From positions 1-45,095 of the IMG/VR virus record IMGVR_UViG_3300022602_000172: a DNA stretch of 45,095 bases. The stretch is one strand, 5' to 3'. The position numbers were made by a program, and so were the translations under genes. The notes beneath the pieces are model-generated. The model had not been told where the DNA came from, searched no databases, and saw only the letters and a list, made by a program, of their open reading frames with translations. Position 1 is the first letter of the stretch; the number at the start of each line of letters is the position of its first letter. This stretch comes from a virus. Its lineage: Duplodnaviria > Caudoviricetes. Shown here one piece after another: positions 29,195 through 39,108 of this stretch.

Positions 29195-30250
29195 TTAACA
29201 CCAACTAATTAAAATTAAACCATAGCCGCCGCAACTACCAGTTCCTTGTGCTGTTTGGGTCCATGCGCTCATCCCGCCGCCTGCTGGAAAGCTTCCGTTT
29301 TGTACCCAACAACCAGATGAATAACACAAGCCAATGCTGGTGCCAAAGAATGCTTGATTGCCGCCTGCATAAGCTGCTCCACCAACTCCAATACCAAATC
29401 CGCAAGCGGCATTTGGGATGCCAGTTTGAGCGCTTGTGCTATTTAGGCATGCATACGGAGTACTAGTCGTAGACACATCACTCCAACCGCATGCTCCTAG
29501 CCACACATAGGGACTATTGAAACAAGCACATGTGCACAAACAGCCCCATAACTGTGTTGTATTTAATCCAGCAAAACTACTAGTTACTGGTGCAGAGCAT
29601 GAACAGCATCCTGTGTACGAAATTGCGGCATTAGTAAACGATTGGCTGCTACAACCTTGTAAAAATAATCCAGAACTACTGCTGGTACTTGCCGGAGCGA
29701 CAGCTAAGGTTGCTGAACAGTTTTTCCAGAACAAATATGTGTTGTATTTGCCTTGATTGCTTGAACTAGCAACAGTTGATCCTTGATAACACCAAGGATT
29801 TGGCGTGCTTGGGGTGCAACACCACATGCCGCAGCTGCCGCCGTTAAGAATCCATGTGTTACTTGGACTATTACATTGTGTTACTATAGAACATTGTCCC
29901 TGATGCCCATAACAGATAGTGTTGCAATTCATACATTGACATATGCAAGCACATGCACACAAAATTTGATTGGTAGCACTGGTTGTGCATGTAACCCAGC
30001 CATATGTTCCACCTTGACCGCCATAGCTGCCAACTCCGCAACAACATCCGCCAGCGCCGCCGCCGCCTTGACTCCACATTTCGATAATAAAACATGTTGC
30101 TGATGTTGGCACACATACGCAACAAGAGTTGCCGCCAGTTATGTATACACAGCATGTGGGTTTGTGTTGTGGTCGGCACCACGCGCCAGCAATGGTGGAA
30201 GCACCTGAGCTAACTGATCCTGTGTTAATATATCCTAATACTGTTGTCAT
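29195..30250 (-). CDS. Cys-rich glycine-rich-domain fibre-tip/adhesin-like protein A
   Basis: VPTSATCFIIEMWSQGGGGA...GGQGGTY...PAGGG...GGYGLILISW; about 40 Cys in 351 aa. Confidence 0.75.
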   Translation of the reverse strand: MTTVLGYINTGSVSSGASTIAGAWCRPQHKPTCCVYITGGNSCCVCVPTSATCFIIEMWSQGGGGAGGCCCGVGSYGGQGGTYGWVTCTTSATNQILCACACICQCMNCNTICYGHQGQCSIVTQCNSPSNTWILNGGSCGMWCCTPSTPNPWCYQGSTVASSSNQGKYNTYLFWKNCSATLAVAPASTSSSSGLFLQGCSSQSFTNAAISYTGCCSCSAPVTSSFAGLNTTQLWGCLCTCACFNSPYVWLGACGWSDVSTTSTPYACLNSTSAQTGIPNAACGFGIGVGGAAYAGGNQAFFGTSIGLCYSSGCWVQNGSFPAGGGMSAWTQTAQGTGSCGGYGLILISWC

Positions 30251-30259
30251 TTTTTATCC

Positions 30260-30610
30260 TTATAATAATTGAGTAACAACCCAATCATTTTTATTAGCTG
30301 AGTATTGTAATCGAACATTGGCACGGGCTAAATTTATTGTTAAATTATCAGCAAATCCGCCCACTGTAGATCCATCACCGCTGGGATTGACAATGCAATT
30401 GTTGGTATCAAATTTGCCGTAAGCGTCAAAAATATCTACAAATTCGCCAGGTGCTGGGCTTTGTGGTAAAGTTAATGTTATTGCCCCGCCCGAAGTATTG
30501 ACAAAATATGCACTATTAACAGATAATGTTATATTTGATACAACATCGTTCGTTTGATTAAATGTATTTGGAATAGATCTAAATTGTGATGCGCCAAGAA
30601 AACGTCCCAT
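30260..30610 (-). CDS. Small fibre-domain protein
   Basis: YFVNTSGGAITLTLPQSPAPGEFVDIFD motif, as in T4-like proximal fibre domains. Confidence 0.7.
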   Translation of the reverse strand: MGRFLGASQFRSIPNTFNQTNDVVSNITLSVNSAYFVNTSGGAITLTLPQSPAPGEFVDIFDAYGKFDTNNCIVNPSGDGSTVGGFADNLTINLARANVRLQYSANKNDWVVTQLL

Positions 30611-30622
30611 TAGTTACTCCAA

Positions 30623-30934
30623 TTAAGTTTCAATACCGTATACAGCTGCACTAACACCAGTAGCACTGGCATAAGCAACTAAGTTTTGCGTGGCGCCTAC
30701 TACCAGTCCAGTACGTTCTAGTACACCGTTGGCTGGAATAACTGTACCGTATTCAATATATTCCGAGTTGCCTGGCGTTGCTGTTGCACTTAGTGCTAAA
30801 CGTATTGATACGGCGGTTGAATTTCTGTTGCATAGCGTAACTGATGCCACGGCATAAGTTGTAGCATTGGTATACAAAGTTGTATTTGTAGTTGCTGCCA
30901 AGTCAGCAGCTGTTCCTAATCTTCCTGCGGCCAT
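30623..30934 (-). CDS. Small beta-rich fibre adaptor-like protein (family member 1)
   Basis: TTLYT...SVTLCNRN...IPANGVLERTGLVV...YGIET; late promoter at 30957-30962. Confidence 0.65.
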   Translation of the reverse strand: MAAGRLGTAADLAATTNTTLYTNATTYAVASVTLCNRNSTAVSIRLALSATATPGNSEYIEYGTVIPANGVLERTGLVVGATQNLVAYASATGVSAAVYGIET

Positions 30935-30972
30935 TTAAATCTCCATTATCTTAATGTATTTAGCTGAAACAA

Positions 30973-33900
30973 TTAATGTGCTCCAACAAAAAATGCAAAA
31001 CTCTTAACGCCATCGACGTAAGTTTTATTAGTCAAATCATTACCCGTTGCTGGAACATAACTACTTTGAGCTTGTGTAAATACTGCCAACTTAGTTACAG
31101 AAATCTGTGTGCCAGTAGCTGTAATTGTCAAGTTATTGCTATTTGTAGTTGTAATAGTAGTACCTGAAATGTAAACACTTCCAGCTGTCAAACTATTAGC
31201 AGTAATATTTGAACCGCCTGCACCCAGCTGACTGGCAATATACGCACGAATAGCACGTTGTGTTGGTACTAGACTATCGCTATTGGCTGTCATGTTACCG
31301 TCTGTACTGAACTGTGTTATGTTGGCTCCGCCTGTTGCAAATTGTAACTGATTCAATCCGCTTAGATTGAACAAGCTGGCATTCAAGGTAGCAATACCAG
31401 TGGCCTGGGCAACGTTGAACAAGTTACCAACGTTGAAGTTACCGTCTTGATCAGTGGCTGTAAAGAACGCACGACCGCCACCGCTATTAACAGTTTGATT
31501 GGCTGTAATGTGATTAGCTGTACTAAAGTTATTTGGATAACCTGTATTGTAGAAATTACCTGAGCCTACATACAAGAAGTCATGTCCAGTTAAACGTACT
31601 TGGCTGTATTGAATTGTTATTGCAACTGTTGTACCATTCACAGGAGCATTGAGCACTGTAAGTCCTGGATTGATCTGTAGATAAGCGTTGTAAGCTCCTA
31701 CGCTACCACTATAGCTGAGTACTTGTACCACAATGTAATATGTACTATTACCGTTAAACACAATGTTTGATCCAGCTACTGGAATTGCTGTGAGATTGCT
31801 TAGGTTAATGAAGAATCCAGCAGCTTGAAAATCCGCATAACCGTTACCAGTAATAGTAACTTGTGCATCTGTGTAACTAGTTCCTCTGCTGGTCCAACTT
31901 GGTTGTCCTAGAACACCTGATGCTGCTGTACGAACTGTAAATGTTGCTGCACTGGTAGCATTAGGATCTGTAATTGTAATACTTGGCGCAGCACTATAAC
32001 CACTTCCAGGATTGATAATTCGTATTGCTGAAATTTGATTGTTTGTAACAACTGCACGGGCAAATGCGCCAGTACCGGTTCCGCTAAATGTAACTCTTGG
32101 TTCAATAACATAACGTGTACTGCCATCAAGTGCAGACTGTACTGAAGTGCCTGATACCGCCACATCCCAACCTGCTACATATATGCTCATTGTGCCTGAA
32201 CCAGATCCTGTTGGAAACGCTGGTGCGCCGCCTGAAAGCGTTGCTACTGAGAATGTAGTAGCAGTAAAATTCAAACTTGCCACATAGTAAACTGTGTTGA
32301 TAGAAACTCCACCAAATGTTGTTCCTGTGAATACAATTGGTGTTCCAACTGGTATCGTGCTAGTACTAGACACGTTATAAACACTTGCTGTACATGAACT
32401 TGTAGTAATTGGAGCAACAGATTCTTTTAACACAATTGCTTGTTTATTAGCAGGATTATAATAGTTAATAAATCCATATTGACCTGCTCCTGTACCAGCA
32501 ATCAACACAATTCGTTCGCCATTGTATGCAGGAGTAAGAGCAAGATCAGCTGCAGATATAGTGATACCCGTATTTGTACCAGTTTGTGCCACGTTGGTAG
32601 CTGTCACATAGCCGGCGCCTCCTGAGATAACACGAACTTCGGTTACAGCATTTGTAAAGAAATTAGCGCCGCTTACAGATGCACTTGCGCCACTACCGCT
32701 CGTAATGCTGTAAGTTGCTGATGTATAAGTTTGACCAGCATTGCTGTATTCTAACCAAAGAATCTGTCCGCCACCAGTTAGTACATAAGTCACTTGAGCC
32801 TGTTGAGTTTGTGTATTGACTGTAGCAGTAATTGGTATTTCAGCTGGGCTTGTACCTTCAGCTACAACACCATATGTACCATATGAACTGTTACCGTTAG
32901 TAGCACGAATTGCGCCGCCGTACTCTGACAAGTAACCAGCATACGCATAGTATGAGAACACAGATACCGCTTCAACTCTTGATATATTTGTGCTCCAAAC
33001 AGCAATACCGTCTGATAAAATATTTGTAAAGTCATTTAGAGTCATTGACTTATTGCCGCCGTTATGCAAACTTCCATCAATCTTAGCGCCAACACAACCT
33101 GTTCCAAATAGTGAAACGTTTTGAATATATGGACTTCTACTGTAGATCCATACCGAGTCGTCATCTGGACCATTTCCTGGATCTAGACTAAAGAATGCAC
33201 CTGCTGTTGGACGTTTAGTACCATAAGCATTGGCCGCTGTCAACGTTCCAAACAAACCAGTAACGCTGAAGTTTCTTGCACCAGTACCATTTCTCATATA
33301 GAACATGTTACTATTGGTATATCCTGCTACCAAAGCACCTGTAACTGTGCCTGTAGTAGCTGCACTTAAAGTAAGAACACTACCTGCTATAGCTGTAATA
33401 TAAGTGCCGTCTGGGATATAAGCATTTCCGCTGATACCCATGTTAACTGTTAAACCTGCGGCATTGCTCACTGTCAAACTTGTTCCAGAACTTGTAGTGG
33501 CTGTAACACTAAATGTATATGGTTGGATTACCGTGGATCTTAATTCATCGCCCACAATAACGGTAAATGCTGGAACACTGATTGGCAATACTTCCGAATA
33601 TGTACCTGTTTTAATATATATAGTCACATTGGGATTCTGAGGAGGGCTAATATATGCAGTAGTACCTGCATTCAATCCGCTGGTAATTATAGAAAATAAT
33701 GATGTTACTTTGGTTGCTGTGCCTGATTCAGCTGTATAACTTCCATTAATAACTTGACTCACAGCACTTGAAACACCGTTCAGTGTTTGATAATTATTTG
33801 ATGGTGCTGTATTACCCAACACATTGGTTGAAGTCAATGTTGATGCATAGTTCAATGCTGAAATAAAATATGGTAGCAAATATTGTGTAGCTGTGGAAAC

Positions 33901-36900
33901 ATATGTTGTTTCTGTAGCATAATACAATTTAGTAATCAATGTAGTTTCTAAATTGCCGCCGCGGCCAAGATCATATATTTGTGCATCAAGTACTTCACCG
34001 ATATCTCGAACAGTTTTGAATCCGTTGTAGGCTAATACCCCAGTTATTGTACCCGATCCAGCTGCTGTAGCTGCAGATCCACCGTATGTTTGGCTTACTG
34101 TGAAACTAGTATTTGTAGTAATAGCTTTTACATAGTAAGTTATGCCTTGATTAACAGTCATTGTGCCTGTAGCACCTGTGATTGTTGAAACACTTGGGCC
34201 ACCGGTAGTTGTACTAATTTGAAACAATGTACCAGTTAATACTCTAGTAATATAATATGTTGTGGTAGTATTTACGCCACCAAATGTTGTTCCGCTAAAT
34301 GTAAAACTACTGCCTGCTACCAAGTTTGTAGTAACACCTGCTACCAATACTGCTTGTACTGTCGCTGTAGTTGATACAGTTCCAATGCCAACTACAAATG
34401 CCAATCCGTTAATACTTAAACTAATACTTAAACTAGTTCCTGATGCAGATTGTACGTAATAAGTTGTTCCAGCAACTACATTACCAAAACTGGCTGCAAA
34501 TGTGATTGGCTGGTTAACTTGTACACCAGACATTGCACTTGCTGTTGTAATTACTGTACCTGTACTACTTGAGATAGTAAATGACTGAGCAGCGTATGTA
34601 GCCGAAACTGTGGCCGCTGCTGTAGTCAATGCAGAAGCTGCTACAGTTAACGTATTAGTTGTGGTCAAAGTCATCGATCCACTTGTGGCTGTGATGCCTG
34701 TAAGTACCGGTGAACCTGTAGGACTTGTGCTAATTGTAAACAAGGTTGAATTAATAATATTGGCCACATAATAAGTTGTACTAGTGTTTAATCCGCCCAG
34801 TGTTCCTGATACAGTAAATGGTACATTTAATGTTAGACCAACAGTTGAACTGATTACAAATGTTCCTTGAACACTGGCTGTACCACTGCCGCCGGAACCT
34901 ACTGTGTATGCAACCCCGCTTGGAGTTAAACTGATAGTAAACTGTGTACCACTCACGCTTTGTATATAATAAGTGACACCAGATGATACATTACCAAATC
35001 CAACTGAGAATGTAACTGGTTGGTTGACATTCACACCTGAGATAGTCGAAGCTACGGTTATTAGCGTACCTGAACTACTTATCACTGACAAGTTTTGGCT
35101 AGCATAGCTTTGTGTAATTGTAGCAATATATCCACCAAATGTGTTAAACACAATTGGCATATTAACAGATAGTCCACTGGTATTTGTTGTAGTAAACGCA
35201 CCACCGGCTGTTGTTCCTGTTACACTTACTTTATTAGTATAAGCAAGATAATTGTTGGCTTCATTACCAACAAAACTTCTATTAGCACTAATTAAATATT
35301 GTGCATTTGGATTTGCTGGGCCTTGTGCTACGCGAGCGCAAGCATACGCAATGGTTTTCCATGGCTTATCTAAAGTGATACCGTAATCAGTAGCATCAGT
35401 TCCGTTAGGTGCAACGTAATAAACGTTACTTACTTGTCCCCAGAAATTCCAAGTTGGAACACTGCCAGTAACACGCAATACTTGGCCGTCTGAGCCAATT
35501 GGCAATCTTGCGGCTCCGCTAGCACTGTAATATAGTGTATCACCAAGTGTGGTAAGTACATTGGATGCACTGCCAGATGCCAATGCGTTCCAATAAATTG
35601 CTGTAGTATCTACATCTGGTCTATTATTAGTTGAAGTAGCTGGGCCTGTTATTGTTGTAAATCCTGCTGTGTGAGCTAGAATACAAATATAACTGTTTGG
35701 TCCGTAAACCACAGCATCGCCTAGTCTATAATTAGTAGTAGCTGTTAATGTTACTTGACCAGCGCCGCTGGCTCCAATAGTTTGACTATTATTAATACTA
35801 TATACACCAACTCCGCCAGTTGTTCCAGATACTTGACTTGTAATAACTGTATTTGCACTGGTTCCATTTCCGGTAATAGTCTGTTCAGTATGTAAATAAG
35901 TCGATCCTACAACGCTGACTGTTAAAGTTGTACCACTAATGTAGCCTGTAAAATTGCCGCCAGCAGTCCATACCCCTTGCCAAGATACACCTGTATTTAA
36001 TAATGACCAGTACGTTGGGCTGCTGCCTGGATTGTTTCCTGTGCCATCTAAAATAGCAACATACACATAAGAACCGTAAGTAACTACATTGCCAACTTTA
36101 TATGCAATTGTTGTATTCCATGCACCTTGTACACTGAACCCTGTAGTTACCAAACTCCAATAACTTGGACTTGTACTAGGTGTGTTGCCTTGATTGTTTG
36201 TAACAATAGACTGATATACATATCCGCCATATGTCACTACATCTCCTAATGCATAATTTGTTCCTGATCCGTAACTGTTAGAAAATTCAAGACCTGATAC
36301 AAACAAATTCCATTTGGTTAAATCTAAAGTATTTGTACTAGATGTATAAGCTGTTGTACAAATATAAGTGTCAGCACCAAATTTTACAATATCATTTACT
36401 TTATATGTATAAGGATTGCTGTATGTACCAGTCCAATTAAAACCTTGAATAAACGTAGTCCAATTAGCTTGATTGCTTTCTAACGTACCGCCACTAGTAT
36501 GACCAATAGTACAAATATAAGTGGTTCCGCCGTAACTAGCAATGTCACCAATTTTGTAATAAGTCGAAGCTGTCCAGGCGCCGGTCCATGTTTGGCCGTC
36601 AAGAAATAATTGCCAATTAGCGGCTGTTAAATCACTATAAAATCCACTGTTAGGAGTTGCACTACTTGTATGACTTTGAATACAAATATATTCTTTAGCA
36701 CCAAACTTTACAACGTCGCCTAAATTATAATATGTGCTATTAGACCATGTTGATTGCCAAGAAATACCATCTAACACTAGTTGCCATTTACTAGCTGATA
36801 GATCAGTGTAAAATCCTTGACTAGCTGGACTAGCTGATGTAGGAGTATGACCTACTATACAAATGTAATCTTTACCACTAACACGAACAATATCATTAAG

Positions 36901-37134
36901 TTTATAATAAGAAGTTGAACTGGACCAAGCACCTTGCCATGCAATACCATCGGACATTTGTGCCCAGTCGCCGTTAGTAAGGTCAGTATAAAATACCGAG
37001 CTCGATGTATGTCCAACTAAACATACATAAGTTTTACTACCATATGATACTATGTCGTCCTTGACATAGTTGTGACTAGTAACCCATGGACCTTGCCATA
37101 CAAATCTTAGTCTACCTAGTTTAAATTCAGCCAT
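30973..37134 (-). CDS. Giant multidomain tail fibre/spike protein (2053 aa)
   Basis: N-terminal tandem W-x-G-x-W...Y...D-x-V repeats (CBM5/12-like), YYVAPNGTD...KPWKTI and TGTYSE...GDELRST beta-helix-type motifs, multiple TTYYV repeats, C-terminal LTNKTYVD. Confidence 0.8.
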   Translation of the reverse strand: MAEFKLGRLRFVWQGPWVTSHNYVKDDIVSYGSKTYVCLVGHTSSSVFYTDLTNGDWAQMSDGIAWQGAWSSSTSYYKLNDIVRVSGKDYICIVGHTPTSASPASQGFYTDLSASKWQLVLDGISWQSTWSNSTYYNLGDVVKFGAKEYICIQSHTSSATPNSGFYSDLTAANWQLFLDGQTWTGAWTASTYYKIGDIASYGGTTYICTIGHTSGGTLESNQANWTTFIQGFNWTGTYSNPYTYKVNDIVKFGADTYICTTAYTSSTNTLDLTKWNLFVSGLEFSNSYGSGTNYALGDVVTYGGYVYQSIVTNNQGNTPSTSPSYWSLVTTGFSVQGAWNTTIAYKVGNVVTYGSYVYVAILDGTGNNPGSSPTYWSLLNTGVSWQGVWTAGGNFTGYISGTTLTVSVVGSTYLHTEQTITGNGTSANTVITSQVSGTTGGVGVYSINNSQTIGASGAGQVTLTATTNYRLGDAVVYGPNSYICILAHTAGFTTITGPATSTNNRPDVDTTAIYWNALASGSASNVLTTLGDTLYYSASGAARLPIGSDGQVLRVTGSVPTWNFWGQVSNVYYVAPNGTDATDYGITLDKPWKTIAYACARVAQGPANPNAQYLISANRSFVGNEANNYLAYTNKVSVTGTTAGGAFTTTNTSGLSVNMPIVFNTFGGYIATITQSYASQNLSVISSSGTLITVASTISGVNVNQPVTFSVGFGNVSSGVTYYIQSVSGTQFTISLTPSGVAYTVGSGGSGTASVQGTFVISSTVGLTLNVPFTVSGTLGGLNTSTTYYVANIINSTLFTISTSPTGSPVLTGITATSGSMTLTTTNTLTVAASALTTAAATVSATYAAQSFTISSSTGTVITTASAMSGVQVNQPITFAASFGNVVAGTTYYVQSASGTSLSISLSINGLAFVVGIGTVSTTATVQAVLVAGVTTNLVAGSSFTFSGTTFGGVNTTTTYYITRVLTGTLFQISTTTGGPSVSTITGATGTMTVNQGITYYVKAITTNTSFTVSQTYGGSAATAAGSGTITGVLAYNGFKTVRDIGEVLDAQIYDLGRGGNLETTLITKLYYATETTYVSTATQYLLPYFISALNYASTLTSTNVLGNTAPSNNYQTLNGVSSAVSQVINGSYTAESGTATKVTSLFSIITSGLNAGTTAYISPPQNPNVTIYIKTGTYSEVLPISVPAFTVIVGDELRSTVIQPYTFSVTATTSSGTSLTVSNAAGLTVNMGISGNAYIPDGTYITAIAGSVLTLSAATTGTVTGALVAGYTNSNMFYMRNGTGARNFSVTGLFGTLTAANAYGTKRPTAGAFFSLDPGNGPDDDSVWIYSRSPYIQNVSLFGTGCVGAKIDGSLHNGGNKSMTLNDFTNILSDGIAVWSTNISRVEAVSVFSYYAYAGYLSEYGGAIRATNGNSSYGTYGVVAEGTSPAEIPITATVNTQTQQAQVTYVLTGGGQILWLEYSNAGQTYTSATYSITSGSGASASVSGANFFTNAVTEVRVISGGAGYVTATNVAQTGTNTGITISAADLALTPAYNGERIVLIAGTGAGQYGFINYYNPANKQAIVLKESVAPITTSSCTASVYNVSSTSTIPVGTPIVFTGTTFGGVSINTVYYVASLNFTATTFSVATLSGGAPAFPTGSGSGTMSIYVAGWDVAVSGTSVQSALDGSTRYVIEPRVTFSGTGTGAFARAVVTNNQISAIRIINPGSGYSAAPSITITDPNATSAATFTVRTAASGVLGQPSWTSRGTSYTDAQVTITGNGYADFQAAGFFINLSNLTAIPVAGSNIVFNGNSTYYIVVQVLSYSGSVGAYNAYLQINPGLTVLNAPVNGTTVAITIQYSQVRLTGHDFLYVGSGNFYNTGYPNNFSTANHITANQTVNSGGGRAFFTATDQDGNFNVGNLFNVAQATGIATLNASLFNLSGLNQLQFATGGANITQFSTDGNMTANSDSLVPTQRAIRAYIASQLGAGGSNITANSLTAGSVYISGTTITTTNSNNLTITATGTQISVTKLAVFTQAQSSYVPATGNDLTNKTYVDGVKSFAFFVGAH

Positions 37135-37170
37135 GTTATTATACCCTTAGCGTATTCTATTTTTTATTTA

Positions 37171-37530
37171 TCAAAGATTGTCAGGCTGAGTGTAGCTATA
37201 CACAGCCCCAATTCTTGCCACCAATTCCCCATTGGAATTTATATAATAGTAGATACTTCTACTATCCCAGCGCATCTGTTCGTAATTTAAATTTGGATAT
37301 ACTAGATTATGATACACATCACGCCCTTCAAAAAAATCAGAGCCGCTAGCAAAGTCAATAAAATCGTTGCTGGCATCCCCAGGTGCATTAATTTGGATAG
37401 TGTCTGATCCAAACATAGTGTCTGATCTGACAAAATACAATGTACCATCTGCTGTGCGACGTAAGCCGTAAAAGAATCTAGGTTCTCCGCCTAAAAATTC
37501 TGTACTTGCATTATTACCAATATAACTCAT
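37171..37530 (-). CDS. Hypothetical virion-module protein
   Basis: ATG 37530 after AAGGA; MSYIGN...FFYGLRRTADG. Confidence 0.7.
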   Translation of the reverse strand: MSYIGNNASTEFLGGEPRFFYGLRRTADGTLYFVRSDTMFGSDTIQINAPGDASNDFIDFASGSDFFEGRDVYHNLVYPNLNYEQMRWDSRSIYYYINSNGELVARIGAVYSYTQPDNL

Positions 37531-37540
37531 GATCGTTTCC

Positions 37541-37888
37541 TTAACTAATTTCAACCCAACTCATAACTACATCTAAACTACTAGCTACTGTTGACTGCAT
37601 TTGCATAACTGTACTAGGACCTAGAATTAATTTTTCGCCACCGTTAATAACTCGTAAACTTTGATTAGCAGGAACTGCTACATTTTTTATGTAATAAGCT
37701 GTTGTAGGAATACCTGTGCCACCACCGTTAGGATCGGTTAGTACAATAGTTGCCAGTACTTGTTCTGTAGTGGTATTAGTTAGACTCATACCAATAATAG
37801 TTGTTGTAGCACTAGCATTTGAAGTCAGCACTGTAGTGAGACTAGTACCTATATTTGCTGATAATACATTTTTAAAAACTGATGTCAT
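37541..37888 (-). CDS. Small beta-rich fibre adaptor-like protein (family member 2)
   Basis: TTIIGMSLTN...VPANQSL...EKLIL...SWVEIS. Confidence 0.65.
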   Translation of the reverse strand: MTSVFKNVLSANIGTSLTTVLTSNASATTTIIGMSLTNTTTEQVLATIVLTDPNGGGTGIPTTAYYIKNVAVPANQSLRVINGGEKLILGPSTVMQMQSTVASSLDVVMSWVEIS

Positions 37889-37894
37889 TTTCTT

Positions 37895-38962
37895 TTATCC
37901 AAATGTTAAAACTGTTGCAATACCTACATCACTAGCCTGCGAAGTACTAATCCCGCCAACTGAACCTGCAATACTAGCCCATGCAGCTCCATTATACACT
38001 TCAACAGCTTGTTGAACAGTATTGTAACGAATCATACCAACTTCGTCTGAAGTAAGACTTGGTCTAGTAGTGTTATCGCCTGACGGAATTACAACACCGT
38101 ATGTCCCGCCAAACTTATAATAGCCTGATCCAGTTGAAACAAAATTTGAAACAGCACCTACGCTTGTATTTGTAATGGTGTTGTTATTAAACTGAAAATT
38201 GCCTAAAACTACGCTGCCGGTCCCGTTAGGTGTAAGGTTAATATCGGTATTATCTGTATACGTACTTATCGTATTTCCGCTAATATCCAAATTTGTTGTC
38301 TTAACGTCAGAAGTTAATATTGTAGTGGCATTAAGTGTGTTAGTATTAACTGTGCCTACATGGATATTATTCCATTGCAGGCTATTGCTACCTAAATTAT
38401 ATGTATTAGTTGCACTGGGTAAAATATCGCTGTTTACTTCAGCATCAAAAGTAACTGTGTCAGTTGATTGATTACCTAGTGTAATATTGCCGCCGGAGCC
38501 AGCATCGGCTGTAATATTACCGGTTACGTGTAAATCGCCATTAATTAAGGTATTAGAATTTAAATTAACTGATCCAGTGCCGCTTGGACTTACGTTAATA
38601 TCAACGTTTGTGCCTGCACTACTGATTGTATTAGCTGTAACTCGCAAACTGCCTACACTAATAGTTCCTTGATAAACTACAGCATTTGGGCTTGCTGGTG
38701 TAAGATTAATAGTTGAATTAGTGCTGCTAAGTGTATTACCGTTAAAGGTAAAACTAGCTAGCGTTGCGGTTGTTGTTGCTGTTAAATTGGTACTACGGAT
38801 TGTACCTGATACATCTAGGTCATATTGCGGCGTGGCGGTATTGATACCAACTCGGCGATTAGTTACATCTAGATAAAGAAGGCTCGTCTCGAAGGCCAAA
38901 TCCACGCCGTTGCGTAGGAGGTTGTCCTTTAAGAGCGGACCTGAAATTCGACCAACAGCCAT
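37895..38962 (-). CDS. Fibre-like virion protein, paralog of 39109-40200
   Basis: GRISGPLLKDNLLRNG, RVGINT, DINLTPNGTGSV repeats and GMIRYN. Confidence 0.75.
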   Translation of the reverse strand: MAVGRISGPLLKDNLLRNGVDLAFETSLLYLDVTNRRVGINTATPQYDLDVSGTIRSTNLTATTTATLASFTFNGNTLSSTNSTINLTPASPNAVVYQGTISVGSLRVTANTISSAGTNVDINVSPSGTGSVNLNSNTLINGDLHVTGNITADAGSGGNITLGNQSTDTVTFDAEVNSDILPSATNTYNLGSNSLQWNNIHVGTVNTNTLNATTILTSDVKTTNLDISGNTISTYTDNTDINLTPNGTGSVVLGNFQFNNNTITNTSVGAVSNFVSTGSGYYKFGGTYGVVIPSGDNTTRPSLTSDEVGMIRYNTVQQAVEVYNGAAWASIAGSVGGISTSQASDVGIATVLTFG

Positions 38963-39090
38963 TTACGCTCCCGTATACCCCGTGTTTCACGGTTAACCAA
39001 ATTTGGACAACATCGTCCGCAGCCCTTGGGCTCTTTGCTGGTTTACCACAGTATAATCTCGTAAAAACTTGGTCAGTCTTTACAGTAATA
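38963..39090 (-). ncRNA. Candidate structured cis-regulatory 5' leader RNA
   Basis: GC-rich leader of about 125 nt between TATAAATA (39092-39099) and the GGGAG RBS, with five to six predicted helices. Confidence 0.6.
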
Positions 39091-39108
39091 GTATTTATAG
39101 CTTTTTGG

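Noticed and set aside
28190-30250. RiPP precursors or diversity-generating retroelement targets
   Set aside because: The proteins are over 330 aa with a fibre-tip framework. There is no radical SAM, YcaO or reverse transcriptase gene and no template/variable repeat pair in the window.
38963-39090. tRNA or c-di-GMP-I riboswitch identity for the leader
   Set aside because: There is no T-loop or cloverleaf with CCA. GGUAAAC and GCAAAG occur, but not in the helix arrangement of the c-di-GMP-I aptamer.
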